Shown one piece after another: positions 39,079 to 50,513 of a stretch of DNA of 64,000 bases. The stretch lies in NCBI GenBank assembly GCA_963833565.1, contig CAWHYO010000039.1, positions 74,303 to 138,302 on the forward strand, written 5' to 3'. The translations under genes and the position numbers were made by a program. The notes below the pieces were generated by a model. It was given only the letters and a program-made list of their open reading frames with translations, was not told where the DNA came from and made no database searches. The DNA is from an uncultured Alphaproteobacteria bacterium (GTDB taxonomy: Bacteria > Pseudomonadota > Alphaproteobacteria > Rhizobiales > Rhodomicrobiaceae). The first letter of the stretch is position 1. The number at the start of each line of letters is the position of its first letter.

Positions 39079-42000
39079 ATGGACACGCTTGTTTATGCGC
39101 CTTCCGTCAGCCTTGACGACAAGTATCTCGTCGAAGGAAGCCAAGTTTTCATCACCGGCGTACAGGCTCTTGTCAGGCTTCCGCTTTTGCGCCGTGAAGT
39201 TGATGCTAAAAAAGGCTTAAACACGGCAGGTTTTATTTCGGGTTATCGCGGCTCACCACTTGGGACCTACGACAAGCAGCTTTGGCACGAGCGCCAGCGT
39301 CTCGCCGATCATCACATCATCTTTCAGCCTGGCGTCAACGAGGAACTGGCGGCGACAGCCGTCTGGGGCAGCCAGCAGGCCGGGCTGTTTCCGGGCGCAC
39401 GCTATGACGGCGTTTTCGGCATCTGGTATGGCAAGGGGCCGGGCGTCGATCGCTCCGGCGATGCCTTCAAGCACGCCAATATGTTCGGCACGGCGCGGAA
39501 TGGCGGCGTTCTCGCGGTTGCGGGCGACGATCATGCCTGCAAGTCCTCGACGCTGCCGAACCAGAGCGACTTCGCGCTGATGGATGCGGAAATCCCGGTG
39601 CTCAGCCCCGCCGATATCGCGGAGCTGATCGAGTTCGGGATGAAGGGCTTCGACCTGTCGCGCTTTGCCGGGCTCTGGGTCGGGATCAAGGCCATCTCCG
39701 ACACCATGGATGCGAGCGCGACCGTCAGGATCAATCCGAACAGTTACAAGTCAATCGCCCCGGAAGGGGTTATCGACCCGCCCGGCGGGCGCAATGCTCG
39801 CCTCCATCTGACGCCGCCGCAGCAGGAGGACATGCTCCGTCACTTCCGGCTTCCGGCCGCGATGGCTTTTGCCCGCGCTAACCGGTTCGACCGCATTACG
39901 CTCGACAGCCCCCGCCCTCGTTTCGGCATCGCTGCCTCCGGCAAGGGCTATCTCCACGTCCGGCAGGCGCTTCGCGATCTCGGCCTTGACGACGGGTTCG
40001 CGGTGGCCCTCGGCATTCGCGTTTATAAAGTCGGCCTCGTATGGCCCTTGGAAGAGGAAGGCGCGCGTGCCTTCGCCGATGGGCTCGAAACCGTGCTCGT
40101 GGTCGAGGAACGCCGCGATGTGATCGAGCATCAGCTGCGCGCCGCCGCCTATGGCCTTGCCGATGGCCGCCGCCCCCGCATTCTCGGCAAGCGCGACGCC
40201 TCCGGCGCGCCCCTCATCAGCGATGTGATGGACATCGACACCGCGCAAGTCGCACGCGCGATCCTGCGCACCATTCCCGAGGAGTGGAAAACGGAGCGGA
40301 TGCGCGCCGCCGAAGAGAGGCTGAACAAGGCGGCGCAGGCCGTCGCCTCGCAGCCGCTTCACACCCGCACTCCCTATTTCTGCTCGGGTTGCCCGCACAG
40401 CACCTCGACCCGGGTGCCCGAGGGCAGTCGCGCCGTTGCCGGCATCGGCTGCCATTATCTTGTCACCTATATGAACCGCAACACCGACGCCTTCACCCAG
40501 ATGGGCGGCGAGGGCGCGCTTTGGGTGGGGCAAGCTCCGTTCACGAGCGAGAAGCACATTTTCGCCAATATCGGCGACGGCACGTACTTCCATTCCGGAA
40601 CCCTCGCCATCCGTCAGGCCGTCGCCGCGGGCCGGAACATCACCTACAAGATCCTCTATAACGATGCCGTGGCCATGACCGGCGGCCAGCCGGTTGATGG
40701 GCAGCTGTCCGTGCCTGCGATCGCGGCGCAGATGCGCGCGGAAGGCGTGAAGCGCATCGCCATCGTCAGCGACAACCCCGACCGCTTTCGCGGCAACCCC
40801 ACGGTGCCACCCGGCGTAACTTTCGATCACCGCTCGCGGCTCGATGCCATCCAGAAGGATCTGCGCGAGGTTCCGGGCGTCAGCGTCATCATCTATGATC
40901 AGGTCTGCGCCACCGAGAAGCGCCGCCGCCGCAAGCGCGGCCTCATGGAACAATCCGACCGGCGGTTGATTATCAATGAAGGTGTGTGCGAAGGTTGCGG
41001 TGATTGCTCCCGCGCCTCCAATTGCCTTTCAGTCGAGCCGGTCGAGACCGAGTTCGGCCGGAAGCGCAGGATCAACCAGTCCACCTGCAACCAGGATTTC
41101 TCGTGCGTCGAGGGCTTCTGCCCGAGTTTCGTCTCGGTCTATGGCGGAACGTTGAGGCGCGAGAAGCCCAAGGCGCATGAGATCGCAGAGCTGCCCGAGC
41201 CCAACCTCCCGGTGATCGGCGCTGACGGCTACAACATCCTGATGACGGGTATTGGCGGGCTTGGCATCACCTCGCTCGCAGCCATCCTTGGCATGGCGGC
41301 GCATCTGCATAACCGGCAGGTCCGCGTCCTCGATCAGATCGGGCTCGCGCAAAAAGGCGGCGGCGTCTACTCGCACCTGCGTATCGGCGAGCCAAGAAGC
41401 GAGCTGTTCACCTCGCGGATCGGCGCGGGCCAGGCCGATCTGGTTCTCGCCGCCGACACGGTGGTGGCCCACGGCAAGAGCGGGCTGCCTATGATGAGCG
41501 CGGAGAGGACCGCCGTTGTTGCAGACGGGCAAGTCATGCCCACAGCCGAATTCGTCGCCAACAACGCAGTGAACTACAACACCGCATCCATGCGGACCCG
41601 GTTGAAGGAGAGTGCGCGCTCTGTGGAGGAATGCCCCGCCCAAGCCATCGCAACCGCGCTTCTCGGCGACGCCATTCTCGCGAACATGGTGCTGACCGGC
41701 TTCGCCTGGCAGAAAGGGCTGATCCCGCTCGACCGCGGCGCCATCATGCGCGCCATCGAACTGAACGGCGCGAGCGTCGAGCTGAACAAGCGCGCCTTCG
41801 AGATCGGCCGCGAGGCGGCTGCCGATCCCGCCCGCATCATGGCAAAGCTTGCACCGCCGCCCAAGCTTTCGCGAACGCTGGATGAACTGATCGAGATCCG
41901 CGTTCGCGACCTCACCGCCTATCAGGATGCCGCCTATGCAGAGCGCTACCGGACCTTCGTCGAGAAAGTGCGGGCAGCGGAGCAGGCCATTGCGCCCAAA

Positions 42001-42531
42001 CGCGAAGTCCTGACGGAAGCCGTCGCACGGAACCTCTACAAGCTGATGGCGATCAAGGATGAATACGAGGTCGCGCGCCTCTACACGGACGGGACATTCG
42101 CCAGGCGCCTCAAGGAAAAGTTCGAGGGCGACGTCAAGGTGGCCGTCCATCTCGCGCCGCCAATCTTCGGCGGCCGCAACCCCGACACGGGCCTGCCGGA
42201 GAAGTACACCTTCGGCGGCTGGTTGCTGAAGGCGATGAAAGTACTGGCGAAGGGCAAGCGCTTGCGTGGCACCCCGTTCGACTTCTTCGGACGCACGGCC
42301 GAGCGAAAGGCCGAACGTGCGTTGATCGCGGATTATGAGGCGCGCATCGAAAAGCTGCTTGCAGGGATCACGCCAGGGAACCTCGCGCTCGCGGCCAGCT
42401 ATGCAAGCGTGCCGGACATGATCCGAGGCTTCGGCCACATAAAGGCGGCGAATATGAAGAAGGCGGAGGCGCGGTACGCCGAACTTGAGCTTGTTCTCTT
42501 TGCGCAAGAAACCTTGAGAGCGGCGGAGTAA
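39079..42531 (+). CDS. Single-chain indolepyruvate/2-oxoacid:ferredoxin oxidoreductase (IorA/B fusion family)
   Basis: SGYRGSPLG, FCSGCPH, GDGTYFHSG (TPP binding), CEGCGDC...C, GIGGLG, GLAQKGG, KDEYEVARL, IRGFGHIK. Confidence 0.95.
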   Translation: MDTLVYAPSVSLDDKYLVEGSQVFITGVQALVRLPLLRREVDAKKGLNTAGFISGYRGSPLGTYDKQLWHERQRLADHHIIFQPGVNEELAATAVWGSQQAGLFPGARYDGVFGIWYGKGPGVDRSGDAFKHANMFGTARNGGVLAVAGDDHACKSSTLPNQSDFALMDAEIPVLSPADIAELIEFGMKGFDLSRFAGLWVGIKAISDTMDASATVRINPNSYKSIAPEGVIDPPGGRNARLHLTPPQQEDMLRHFRLPAAMAFARANRFDRITLDSPRPRFGIAASGKGYLHVRQALRDLGLDDGFAVALGIRVYKVGLVWPLEEEGARAFADGLETVLVVEERRDVIEHQLRAAAYGLADGRRPRILGKRDASGAPLISDVMDIDTAQVARAILRTIPEEWKTERMRAAEERLNKAAQAVASQPLHTRTPYFCSGCPHSTSTRVPEGSRAVAGIGCHYLVTYMNRNTDAFTQMGGEGALWVGQAPFTSEKHIFANIGDGTYFHSGTLAIRQAVAAGRNITYKILYNDAVAMTGGQPVDGQLSVPAIAAQMRAEGVKRIAIVSDNPDRFRGNPTVPPGVTFDHRSRLDAIQKDLREVPGVSVIIYDQVCATEKRRRRKRGLMEQSDRRLIINEGVCEGCGDCSRASNCLSVEPVETEFGRKRRINQSTCNQDFSCVEGFCPSFVSVYGGTLRREKPKAHEIAELPEPNLPVIGADGYNILMTGIGGLGITSLAAILGMAAHLHNRQVRVLDQIGLAQKGGGVYSHLRIGEPRSELFTSRIGAGQADLVLAADTVVAHGKSGLPMMSAERTAVVADGQVMPTAEFVANNAVNYNTASMRTRLKESARSVEECPAQAIATALLGDAILANMVLTGFAWQKGLIPLDRGAIMRAIELNGASVELNKRAFEIGREAAADPARIMAKLAPPPKLSRTLDELIEIRVRDLTAYQDAAYAERYRTFVEKVRAAEQAIAPKREVLTEAVARNLYKLMAIKDEYEVARLYTDGTFARRLKEKFEGDVKVAVHLAPPIFGGRNPDTGLPEKYTFGGWLLKAMKVLAKGKRLRGTPFDFFGRTAERKAERALIADYEARIEKLLAGITPGNLALAASYASVPDMIRGFGHIKAANMKKAEARYAELELVLFAQETLRAAE

Positions 42532-42547
42532 CTCCGCCGCAAAGTCT

Positions 42548-43222
42548 TTACTTTTTCTCGGCGACCTCGACGCCAACCTCTTTGCAGCGTTCGTAGATGA
42601 AGTTATTGATCTGTTTCACGGCGGAGCCGCTGAGAACGTCGAAGGTCTTGTCGAGCGTCTTTGCGGACCATATCGCGCCCTGCAAAAGAGCGGGAGCTTC
42701 AATATCGCTCCAATTCAGTTTCACATGCGTCGCCTTGCCGTTCTTGAAGGTGATCTCAGGCGCAACGTTGAGTTTCAGAACGTAGGAGTCTTCTTCCTTG
42801 CCTTCTCCGCCCTTCTTGTCGACCAGGCACTTCAGAGTATGCTGCTTAAGCTTGATTGTGGCATCGGGCTCGGCAATGAGCTTCGCCAGCGCTTCGCGGT
42901 CGAGGTCGACATGCGCCGTGCATTGGGCGTGACCCCAGGGCCAATCGATATAGCCAGCCAAGATCTGCGCGCTGATATCGGCATCGATCCAGGTCTTCGT
43001 CGCGTCGCAAGTGATCTCCCCTGGCGCCGCTTTGCGGTCGGCGAAGACCTTGCAAATATCGGTCTTGCACTGCTTACGGGCTTCTTTCTCCGAGGCAAGC
43101 CGCGCCGCGATTTTTGGATCAATCGCCGGAGCGGTCTCCGCTTTAGGCGCGTCCTCCGCTTTCGAGGTCTCGGCTGTGAAGAACAACGCAACTGCGCATA
43201 AGGCTAAACTGAAACGCATCAT
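42548..43222 (-). CDS. Exported Cys-containing hypothetical protein
   Basis: Signal peptide; CKTDIC, TCDATKTW, WPWGHAQC; AAGGAG RBS. Confidence 0.75.
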   Translation of the reverse strand: MMRFSLALCAVALFFTAETSKAEDAPKAETAPAIDPKIAARLASEKEARKQCKTDICKVFADRKAAPGEITCDATKTWIDADISAQILAGYIDWPWGHAQCTAHVDLDREALAKLIAEPDATIKLKQHTLKCLVDKKGGEGKEEDSYVLKLNVAPEITFKNGKATHVKLNWSDIEAPALLQGAIWSAKTLDKTFDVLSGSAVKQINNFIYERCKEVGVEVAEKK

Positions 43223-43541
43223 GAATTGCCTACTCCTTGAGCTAATCCCTAACGCCGGAGCGTAAACTTGCTACGGCCCTACTTTTTATCGGCTCCACAA
43301 CTCCCAGGAGCTGCGTCGAAGCCCGGCGAGACGCCTCACTTCCGACTGATCCGACCCGCGGGACTTCTGCAAAAACATGGTTTACATACAAGCGACGCTC
43401 GGTTGTATTTCCACTGGCGGTTGCGATCGGCTTCACGCGTTGCGGTTCCGCAACAAGGTCGAAGGGATGCCCTTCTTGACATCCTGTCCTGCCCAAGCAT
43501 CTCTCCTGGAAGTCCTTTGACGCAGCCGAAGGAGCAACCTC

Positions 43542-44714
43542 GTGCGCAAAAACTCTTATAGCGGTCTCGATTTTGGCCTCGGCGCGGAAGCCAACATGCT
43601 TCGGGAAAGCGTCCGGGCGTTTTCAGAGGCTGAGATTGCGCCGCGCGCCGCCGAGATCGACCGCACCAACACCTTTCCGCGCGACCTCTGGGAGCCCATG
43701 GGGGCGCTCGGCCTCCACGGCATCACGGTCGAAGAGGAATGGGGCGGCGCAGGCCTCGGCTATCTCGAACATTGCGTGTCCATGGAGGAAGTGAGCCGGG
43801 CCAGCGCGAGCGTCGGCCTCTCCTATGGCGCGCATTCGAACCTGTGCGTGAACCAGATCCGTCGCAATGGCAGCGATGAGCAGAAGCGCCGCTATCTGCC
43901 GAAGCTGATTTCCGGCGAGCATGTCGGCGCGCTCGCCATGTCCGAGGCTGGCGCGGGCTCCGACGTTGTGTCGATGGCGACGCGGGCCGAGAAGCGGGGC
44001 GAGCGCTACATCCTGAATGGCGCGAAGATGTGGATCACCAATGCGCCTCACGCCGACGTGCTCTTGGTTTACGCGAAAACCGATCCAAAGGCAGGTTCGC
44101 GCGGCATCACGGCCTTCCTCGTCGAGAAAGGCTTCAAAGGCTTCTCCGTCTCGCCGAAGCTCGACAAGCTCGGCATGCGCGGCTCGGACACGGCCGAACT
44201 CGTCTTCGTCGATTGCGAGGTGCCGGAGGAGAACGTCGTCGGCGGCCTTGGCCGCGGCGTAAATGTGCTGATGTCGGGCCTCGACTATGAGCGCACCATT
44301 CTGGCGGCAGGCCCGCTCGGCATCATGCAGGCCGCGCTCGACATCGTTCTTCCCTATGTCCACGAGCGCAAGCAGTTCGGCCAGCCCATCGGCGCCTTCC
44401 AACTCGTGCAAGGCAAAGTCGCGGACATGTATGTGACCCTGAACGCAGCCCGCGCCTACGTCTACACCGTGGCGCGCGCCTGCGACCGGGGCGAGACGAC
44501 GCGGGAGGACGCGGCCGGCGCGATCCTCTACGCCGCCGAGGCGGCGACCCGCCTCGCGCTCGACGCCATCCAGCTTCTCGGCGGCAACGGCTACATCAAC
44601 GATTATGCCACGGGGCGGCTCCTGCGAGACGCCAAGCTTTACGAGATCGGGGCCGGAACGAGTGAAATCCGGCGCATGCTTATCGGCAGGGAGCTTTTCG
44701 ACAAGACGGCATAG
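43542..44714 (+). CDS. ivd: Isovaleryl-CoA dehydrogenase
   Basis: [48 protein letters not shown]. Confidence 0.96.
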   Translation: MRKNSYSGLDFGLGAEANMLRESVRAFSEAEIAPRAAEIDRTNTFPRDLWEPMGALGLHGITVEEEWGGAGLGYLEHCVSMEEVSRASASVGLSYGAHSNLCVNQIRRNGSDEQKRRYLPKLISGEHVGALAMSEAGAGSDVVSMATRAEKRGERYILNGAKMWITNAPHADVLLVYAKTDPKAGSRGITAFLVEKGFKGFSVSPKLDKLGMRGSDTAELVFVDCEVPEENVVGGLGRGVNVLMSGLDYERTILAAGPLGIMQAALDIVLPYVHERKQFGQPIGAFQLVQGKVADMYVTLNAARAYVYTVARACDRGETTREDAAGAILYAAEAATRLALDAIQLLGGNGYINDYATGRLLRDAKLYEIGAGTSEIRRMLIGRELFDKTA

Positions 44715-44790
44715 AATGACGTATATGCCATTCTTTTGGTAATTGACAATTGCGCCATGAATGCCATAGTTGCTCATGAAGGAGCTAGCT

Positions 44791-45156
44791 ATGGCAAAGA
44801 AAAACAAGACATCGGAGGCTGCTCAAGCGCAGGGCTTCGGGGAAGCACCGCAAGCAGCCTTCTTAGCGGCGGATGTCGAAAAGCCCGGCTTCGGCGTTGT
44901 GAACCGGCTGCGGCTGACGCTCGGCCCGGGGGGCCGCGTCGTGATCCCAGCCGCTTTGCGCGAGGCCATGGACGTGAACGAAGGCGACGCGCTCCTCGCC
45001 TGGGTCGAGGATGGCGAGCTTCACATGGTGAGCCCACGCGTCGGCGCGCGCCAGGCCCAGGCCATGCTGAAAGGCTTGCTGCCCCAAGGCGCTAGCCTCG
45101 CGGAGGAACTGATCGCGGACCGCCGCCGTGAGGCCGAGGCCGAGAGCCGTGGCTAA
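44791..45156 (+). CDS. AbrB/MazE-type (VapB) antitoxin
   Basis: LGPGGRVVIPAALREAM, SLAEELIADRRREA; overlaps the PIN gene start. Confidence 0.88.
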   Translation: MAKKNKTSEAAQAQGFGEAPQAAFLAADVEKPGFGVVNRLRLTLGPGGRVVIPAALREAMDVNEGDALLAWVEDGELHMVSPRVGARQAQAMLKGLLPQGASLAEELIADRRREAEAESRG

Positions 45157-45532
45157 CATCGTCTTCGACGCTTCGGTCATTCTCGCTCATTTGAACGGTG
45201 AGCCAGGAGCTGACCGAGTAGCGGCTCACCTGGGAGACGCGATCATGTGCGCGGTGAACCTCTCCGAAATCGTCGGCAAGCTCGTGGAGCGCGGGGCGAG
45301 CCTTTCGCTGATCCGTCCTGCCCTTTCGCGCTACGGGCTAGAGATCGTGCCCTTCGACGAGGATCTTGCCGAGAGAGCGGGTGCGCTGCGCGCCGGAACG
45401 AAAGCCTTCGGACTTTCCCTCGGCGATCGGGCCTGCCTCGCCTTGGCGGTGCGGTCCCGCTTGCCTGTTCTGACCGCAGATCGCATCTGGAAGGATCTCG
45501 GCCTTCACATCGATGTGCAGATCTTGCGCTGA
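45149..45532 (+). CDS. vapC: PIN-domain VapC toxin
   Basis: VFDASV, VNLSE, GLSLGDRACLALA, VLTADR. Confidence 0.92.
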   Translation: MANIVFDASVILAHLNGEPGADRVAAHLGDAIMCAVNLSEIVGKLVERGASLSLIRPALSRYGLEIVPFDEDLAERAGALRAGTKAFGLSLGDRACLALAVRSRLPVLTADRIWKDLGLHIDVQILR

Positions 45533-45592
45533 GAAACTTACCTGCCCTTATGCTACTCTGCGACAGCCAAAAACAAGGATGCAACTAGGGTC

Positions 45593-47200
45593 ATGCCCCG
45601 CCTCGAAAGCGCAATCGACAGACGCTCGGCGGAGTTTCAAGCCAATGCATCCACGATGCAGGCGCAGGTTGCGGCCTTGCGCGAGAAATTGGCGGCCGCT
45701 TCCCTCGGCGGCAGCGCTGATTCGAGGGCGCGCCATGTTACGCGCGGCAAGCTTCCCGTCCGCGACCGCATCAATTTGTTGCTCGATCCGGGCTCGCCCT
45801 TCCTCGAAATCGCGCCGCTTGCCGCGAACGGCCTCTACGGCGGCGACGCGCACGCGGCTGGCCTCGTGGCGGGCATCGGCCGCGTCTCGGGCCGCGAATG
45901 CATGATCGCGGCGAACGACGCCACCATCAAGGGCGGAACCTATTATCCGCTGACAGTCAAAAAACACCTGCGGGCGCAGGACATCGCTCGCGAGAACCGC
46001 CTGCCCTGCCTCTACCTCGTAAACTCCGGCGGCGCTTTCCTGCCCCAGCAGGACGAGATTTTCCCGGACGAGCGCCATTTCGGGCGCATCTTTTATAATC
46101 AGGCACAGATGTCGGCGGCGGGCATTCCGCAGATCGCCATCGTGATGGGGCCATGCACGGCGGGCGGCGCTTACGTCCCGGCCATGTGCGACGAGAGCAT
46201 CATCGTGAAGGGCAACGGCACCATCTTTCTTGGCGGACCGCCGCTTGTTCGCGCCGCCACCGGCGAGGTCGTCACCGCCGAAGAACTCGGAGGCGCAGAC
46301 GTCCACAGCCGCCAGTCCGGCGTGACCGACCATTATGCTCAGAGCGATGCCCACGCCATCGGCATCGCGCGCGGCATCGTGGCGGACCTGAACCGGATCA
46401 AGCCCGCCTCCCTCGATGTGATCGCGCCGCGCGAACCGCTGTACCCCGCCGAGGATCTCTACGGCATCGTGCAGGCCGATGTGAAGAAGCCCTACGATGT
46501 GCGCGAGGTGATCGCGCGTCTGGTTGACGGCTCGGACTTCGACGAGTTCAAGAAGCTGTACGGCCACACGCTTGTCTGCGGAACGGCGCATATCTGGGGC
46601 TACCCCGTGGGCATCCTCGCAAATAACGGCATCCTGTTCTCGGAAAGCGCGCTGAAAGGTGCGCATTTCATCGAGAACATGTGCCAGCGCGGCATCCCGC
46701 TCGTGTTTCTGCAGAACATCACCGGCTTCATGGTCGGGAAGAAATACGAGGCGGGCGGCATCGCCAAGGATGGCGCGAAGCTTGTGACCGCCGTTTCGAC
46801 CGCCAACGTTCCGAAATACACCGTCGTGATCGGCGGCTCCTACGGAGCTGGCAATTACGGCATGTGCGGGCGCGGCTATTCCCCCCGCTTTTTGTGGATG
46901 TGGCCGAACGCGAAGATTTCCGTCATGGGCGGCGAGCAGGCCGCAACCGTGCTCGCCATCGTGAGGCGCGAAGCCATCGAGGCCAAGGGCGGGACCTGGA
47001 GCAAAGAGGAGGAGGAAGCTTTGAAAGCGCCGGTCCGCGCGCAGTTCGAAGAGCAGGCCGACGCCTACTACGCCACGGCGCGGCTGTGGGACGATGGCAT
47101 CATCGATCCCGCCGATACGCGCATGGTCCTGGCTCTCGCCATATCCGCCGGAATGAACGCGCCGGCCGGACCGCCGCGCTTCGGCGTGTTCAGGATGTAA
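45593..47200 (+). CDS. mccB: 3-methylcrotonyl-CoA carboxylase beta subunit
   Basis: [43 protein letters not shown]; ends FGVFRM. Confidence 0.96.
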   Translation: MPRLESAIDRRSAEFQANASTMQAQVAALREKLAAASLGGSADSRARHVTRGKLPVRDRINLLLDPGSPFLEIAPLAANGLYGGDAHAAGLVAGIGRVSGRECMIAANDATIKGGTYYPLTVKKHLRAQDIARENRLPCLYLVNSGGAFLPQQDEIFPDERHFGRIFYNQAQMSAAGIPQIAIVMGPCTAGGAYVPAMCDESIIVKGNGTIFLGGPPLVRAATGEVVTAEELGGADVHSRQSGVTDHYAQSDAHAIGIARGIVADLNRIKPASLDVIAPREPLYPAEDLYGIVQADVKKPYDVREVIARLVDGSDFDEFKKLYGHTLVCGTAHIWGYPVGILANNGILFSESALKGAHFIENMCQRGIPLVFLQNITGFMVGKKYEAGGIAKDGAKLVTAVSTANVPKYTVVIGGSYGAGNYGMCGRGYSPRFLWMWPNAKISVMGGEQAATVLAIVRREAIEAKGGTWSKEEEEALKAPVRAQFEEQADAYYATARLWDDGIIDPADTRMVLALAISAGMNAPAGPPRFGVFRM

Positions 47201-47206
47201 CACGCG

Positions 47207-49220
47207 ATGCTTGCGCGCCCCTTCGCCTCGCTCCTGATCGCCAATCGCGGCGAAATCGCCTGCCGCATCATCCGGACCGCGAAGCGCATGGGGCTTCGCA
47301 CCATCGCCGTTTATTCCGAGGCGGATGCCACTGCGCAGCATGTGAAGGCAGCGGATGAGGCGCGGCTGATCGGCCCGGCGCCGGCGCGCGAAAGCTATCT
47401 CGACATCGAGCGCATTCTGGCTGCTGCCAAGGCGACCGGCGCGGAAGCCATCCATCCGGGCTACGGCTTCCTCTCCGAAAAGGCGGAATTCGCAGAAGCC
47501 TGCGCCGAGGCTGGCCTGATCTTCATTGGGCCGCCCGCATCCGCCATCCGCGCCATGGGATCGAAATCGGCCGCGAAGGCGCTGATGGAGACCGCGGGCG
47601 TGCCCGTGGTGCCGGGCTATCATGGCAAGGCCCAGGACTTGGCAGGCCTTCGCCCGCGAGGCCAAAAAACTCGGCTATCCGGTTCTCCTGAAGGCGGTGG
47701 CAGGCGGCGGCGGCAAGGGCATGCGCGTGGTGCGCCGGGCGGACGAGCTTGAGGCTGCGCTTGCGAGCGCAAAGCGGGAAGCAGCGGCAGCGTTCGGCGA
47801 CGGCGGCCTTCTCATGGAAAAATTCATCGAACGCCCGCGGCACATCGAGGTGCAGGTGTTTGGCGACGTTCACGGCGGGATCGTCTCGCTGTTCGAGCGG
47901 GAGTGCACGCTGCAGCGCCGCCACCAGAAGGTGATCGAGGAAGCACCCTCCGCAACGCTCAACGACGAGAGGCGCGAAGCGCTCTACGAGGCGGCTCGGA
48001 AGGCGGCAGCCGCCATCGGCTATGTGGGCGCGGGCACGGTGGAATTCGTGGCCGACGAGCACTCCGCCTATTTCATCGAGATGAACACCCGCCTCCAGGT
48101 CGAGCACCCGGTTACCGAAATGATCACCGGGCTCGATCTCGTGGAGTGGCAGCTTCGGATTGCGATGGGAGAAAAACTGCCGCTGCGCCAGGATGAGATC
48201 GCGCGGCGCGGGCATGCCGTCGAGGCGCGGGTCTATGCCGAGGACGCAGCGGCGGGCTTCCTGCCTTCGATCGGCGAGATTTCACACTGGCGCGCTCCGA
48301 AAGAGGACGCGGCGCTGCGCGTCGATACCGGATTCGGGGCGGGGGATACGGTTTCGCAATATTACGATCCCATGCTCGCGAAGGTGATCGCACATGCGGA
48401 GACGCGTGAAGCGGCCTTGATGCGGCTTCGGCACGCTCTTTCCGGTTTCGAGGTCGCGGGCGTCACCACGAACATCGCGTTCCTCGCGCGCCTGCTTGCT
48501 GACGAAGCCGTCATCGCCAACGCCGTCGATACAGGCTTCATCGAACGCGAAGGCGCTGGCTTGGCCGCCGCCGACGCTCCCTCGCCCTATCACATCGCCG
48601 CCGCTGTCGCCTCCATCCTTCACCGCGAGAAAAAGGAACAGCGCCGCGACGCCGCCGACCCGTTCTCGCCTTGGGCGCAAGGCGTGCCATGGATGATGTT
48701 CGGGCCACGAAAGCGCCTGATGGAGTTCCGCGACAAGGCCGGTGCAACGCACAAGGTGGCCATCACTCATAGCCGCGATGGCATGATCCTCGAACTGGCG
48801 GATGCCATCGCTCTCTTCGCGTTCGAGCCCATTCCCGGTGAGAAATCGCGATTCGCCATCACGCTCGGCGGCGCGCGCCGCACGGTGACGGCGCTGACCC
48901 AGGGCAGTTCTGTCACCGTGTTCGACGGACCGGAACCAATCAAGCTCACCCTTGCCGACCCTTTCGCCGCCGGGAAAATCGACCCCGATCTGGAAATGGG
49001 CGTGACCGCCCCAATGCCTGGCACCGTCATCGCGCTTCTGGCGAAGCCCGGCGAAACCCTGGACGAGGGCACCCCCATGCTGATTCTCGAAGCCATGAAG
49101 ATGGAGCATACGCTGCGCCTGCCCGCGCGGGGGCGTGTGGCGCGTTATCTCTGCGCCGTCGGCGATCTCGTCGCCGAAGGCGCGACGCTTGCCGAATTCG
49201 AGGCCGAGAAAGAGGCATAA
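47207..49220 (+). CDS. mccA: 3-methylcrotonyl-CoA carboxylase alpha (biotin) subunit (frameshift near 47645)
   Basis: [43 protein letters not shown] biotin site. Confidence 0.94.
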
Positions 49221-49223
49221 CTC

Positions 49224-50103
49224 ATGGCCGAGCGCGTGCGCATTGTCGAAGTGGGGCCTCGCGATGGATTGCAGAATGAGGCGGCCGCGCTCTCCGCGGG
49301 CACACGCATCGCCTTTATCGAAAAGCTCATCGCGGCGGGGCTGACCTCCATCGAGGCCGGAAGCTTCGTCTCGCCGAAATGGGTGCCGCAGATGGCCGAC
49401 ACCGCCAGCGTCCTGAAGGCTTTCGCGGGGCGAACCGGTATCTCCCTGCCGGTTCTGGTCCCCAATGAAAAGGGACTCGATGCAGCTCTCGAAGCCGGCG
49501 CGCGCGAAATCGCAATTTTTGCGGCGGCATCGGAGACGTTTTCCCAGAAGAACATCAACTGCTCCATCGCCGAAGTCCTTCGAACGCTTCGCTCCCGTCG
49601 CGGACCGGGCAATCGTTGCAGGCGTGAAAGTGCGAGGGTACGTCTCCTGTGTGCTGGGCTGCCCGTATGAGGGGCTGGTGCCGCTCGCGAAAGTCGCCGA
49701 AGTTTCAGCGCAGCTGTTCGGGCTCGGCTGCTACGAGATCTCGCTCGGCGATACGATCGGGGCCGGTACGCCGCGCGCCGCTCGCACAATGCTAAAGACC
49801 GTCGCGCAGACGGTTCCCCTTTCGCAGCTCGCAGTTCACTTTCACGATACCTATGGGCAGGCAGTCGCGAATATCTACGCCTGCCTGGAAGAAGGGGTTC
49901 GCGCCGTCGACAGTTCGGCGGGCGGCCTTGGCGGCTGTCCCTATGCGAAAGGGGCTTCCGGCAATGTCGCCACCGAGGATGTGATCTACCTTCTCGACGG
50001 ACTGGGCTTCGAGACGGGCGTCGACCGTCGCGCCGTGATCGAGGCGAGCCGTTTCATCTTCAATACGCTTGGGAGAACGGATAAGCCTCTCCGCCCTGAC
50101 TAG
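49224..50103 (+). CDS. hmgL: Hydroxymethylglutaryl-CoA lyase (frameshift near 49578)
   Basis: EVGPRDGLQNE, HFHDTYGQ, GGLGGCPYA. Confidence 0.95.
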
Positions 50104-50387
50104 GCTTGGATTGACCCGCCTTTGCCGAAGGCCAACGATCGCGGCGGCGCACCGCGGATACAGAACTTGGCTTGCAAGCCAACCGGCTTTTGGCGAAGGG
50201 CGGCATAGTCAGGCGGCGCATTTTTGGGCGGCAGTTCAGGCCGAAAATAAACCCTCTTCCGCCGCTGTTAACCATCCGCAACGAAGGGCTTACCATGGTT
50301 TGCCATGACGACGCGGTCCGCCCTGGCTCGAAATCCTTGACGCGGGCAATCGCGAGGTGCGTTGGAATGACACATGCAACCCAACTC

Positions 50388-50431
50388 TGTCATCTTGCGT
50401 TTACACGGGCAAGGGTAAGCCTATGCAGACG
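50388..50431. promoter_or_regulatory. Tandem PpsR/CrtJ operator (one intact box, one degenerate)
   Basis: TGT-N12-ACA at 50388-50405, an 8-bp spacer, then GGT-N12-ACG at 50414-50431, directly upstream of the puc genes. Confidence 0.75.
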
Positions 50432-50513
50432 CTTCCAAGGCTGCGCTTAGGCTATTTTGGCGTTGTACTGAATAAGTATGACGAACTCAGACAATCCTGC
50501 TGCAAGGCCGGTT

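Noticed and set aside
43230-43540. Riboswitch or LiuR operator in the long spacer before ivd
   Set aside because: No recognisable aptamer and no TTTACGT-N2-ACGTAAA palindrome.
45548-47665. 705-aa minus-strand ORF (and similar ORFs at 17223-18716, 41029-42576, 4349-5551)
   Set aside because: Antisense shadows of well-supported genes.
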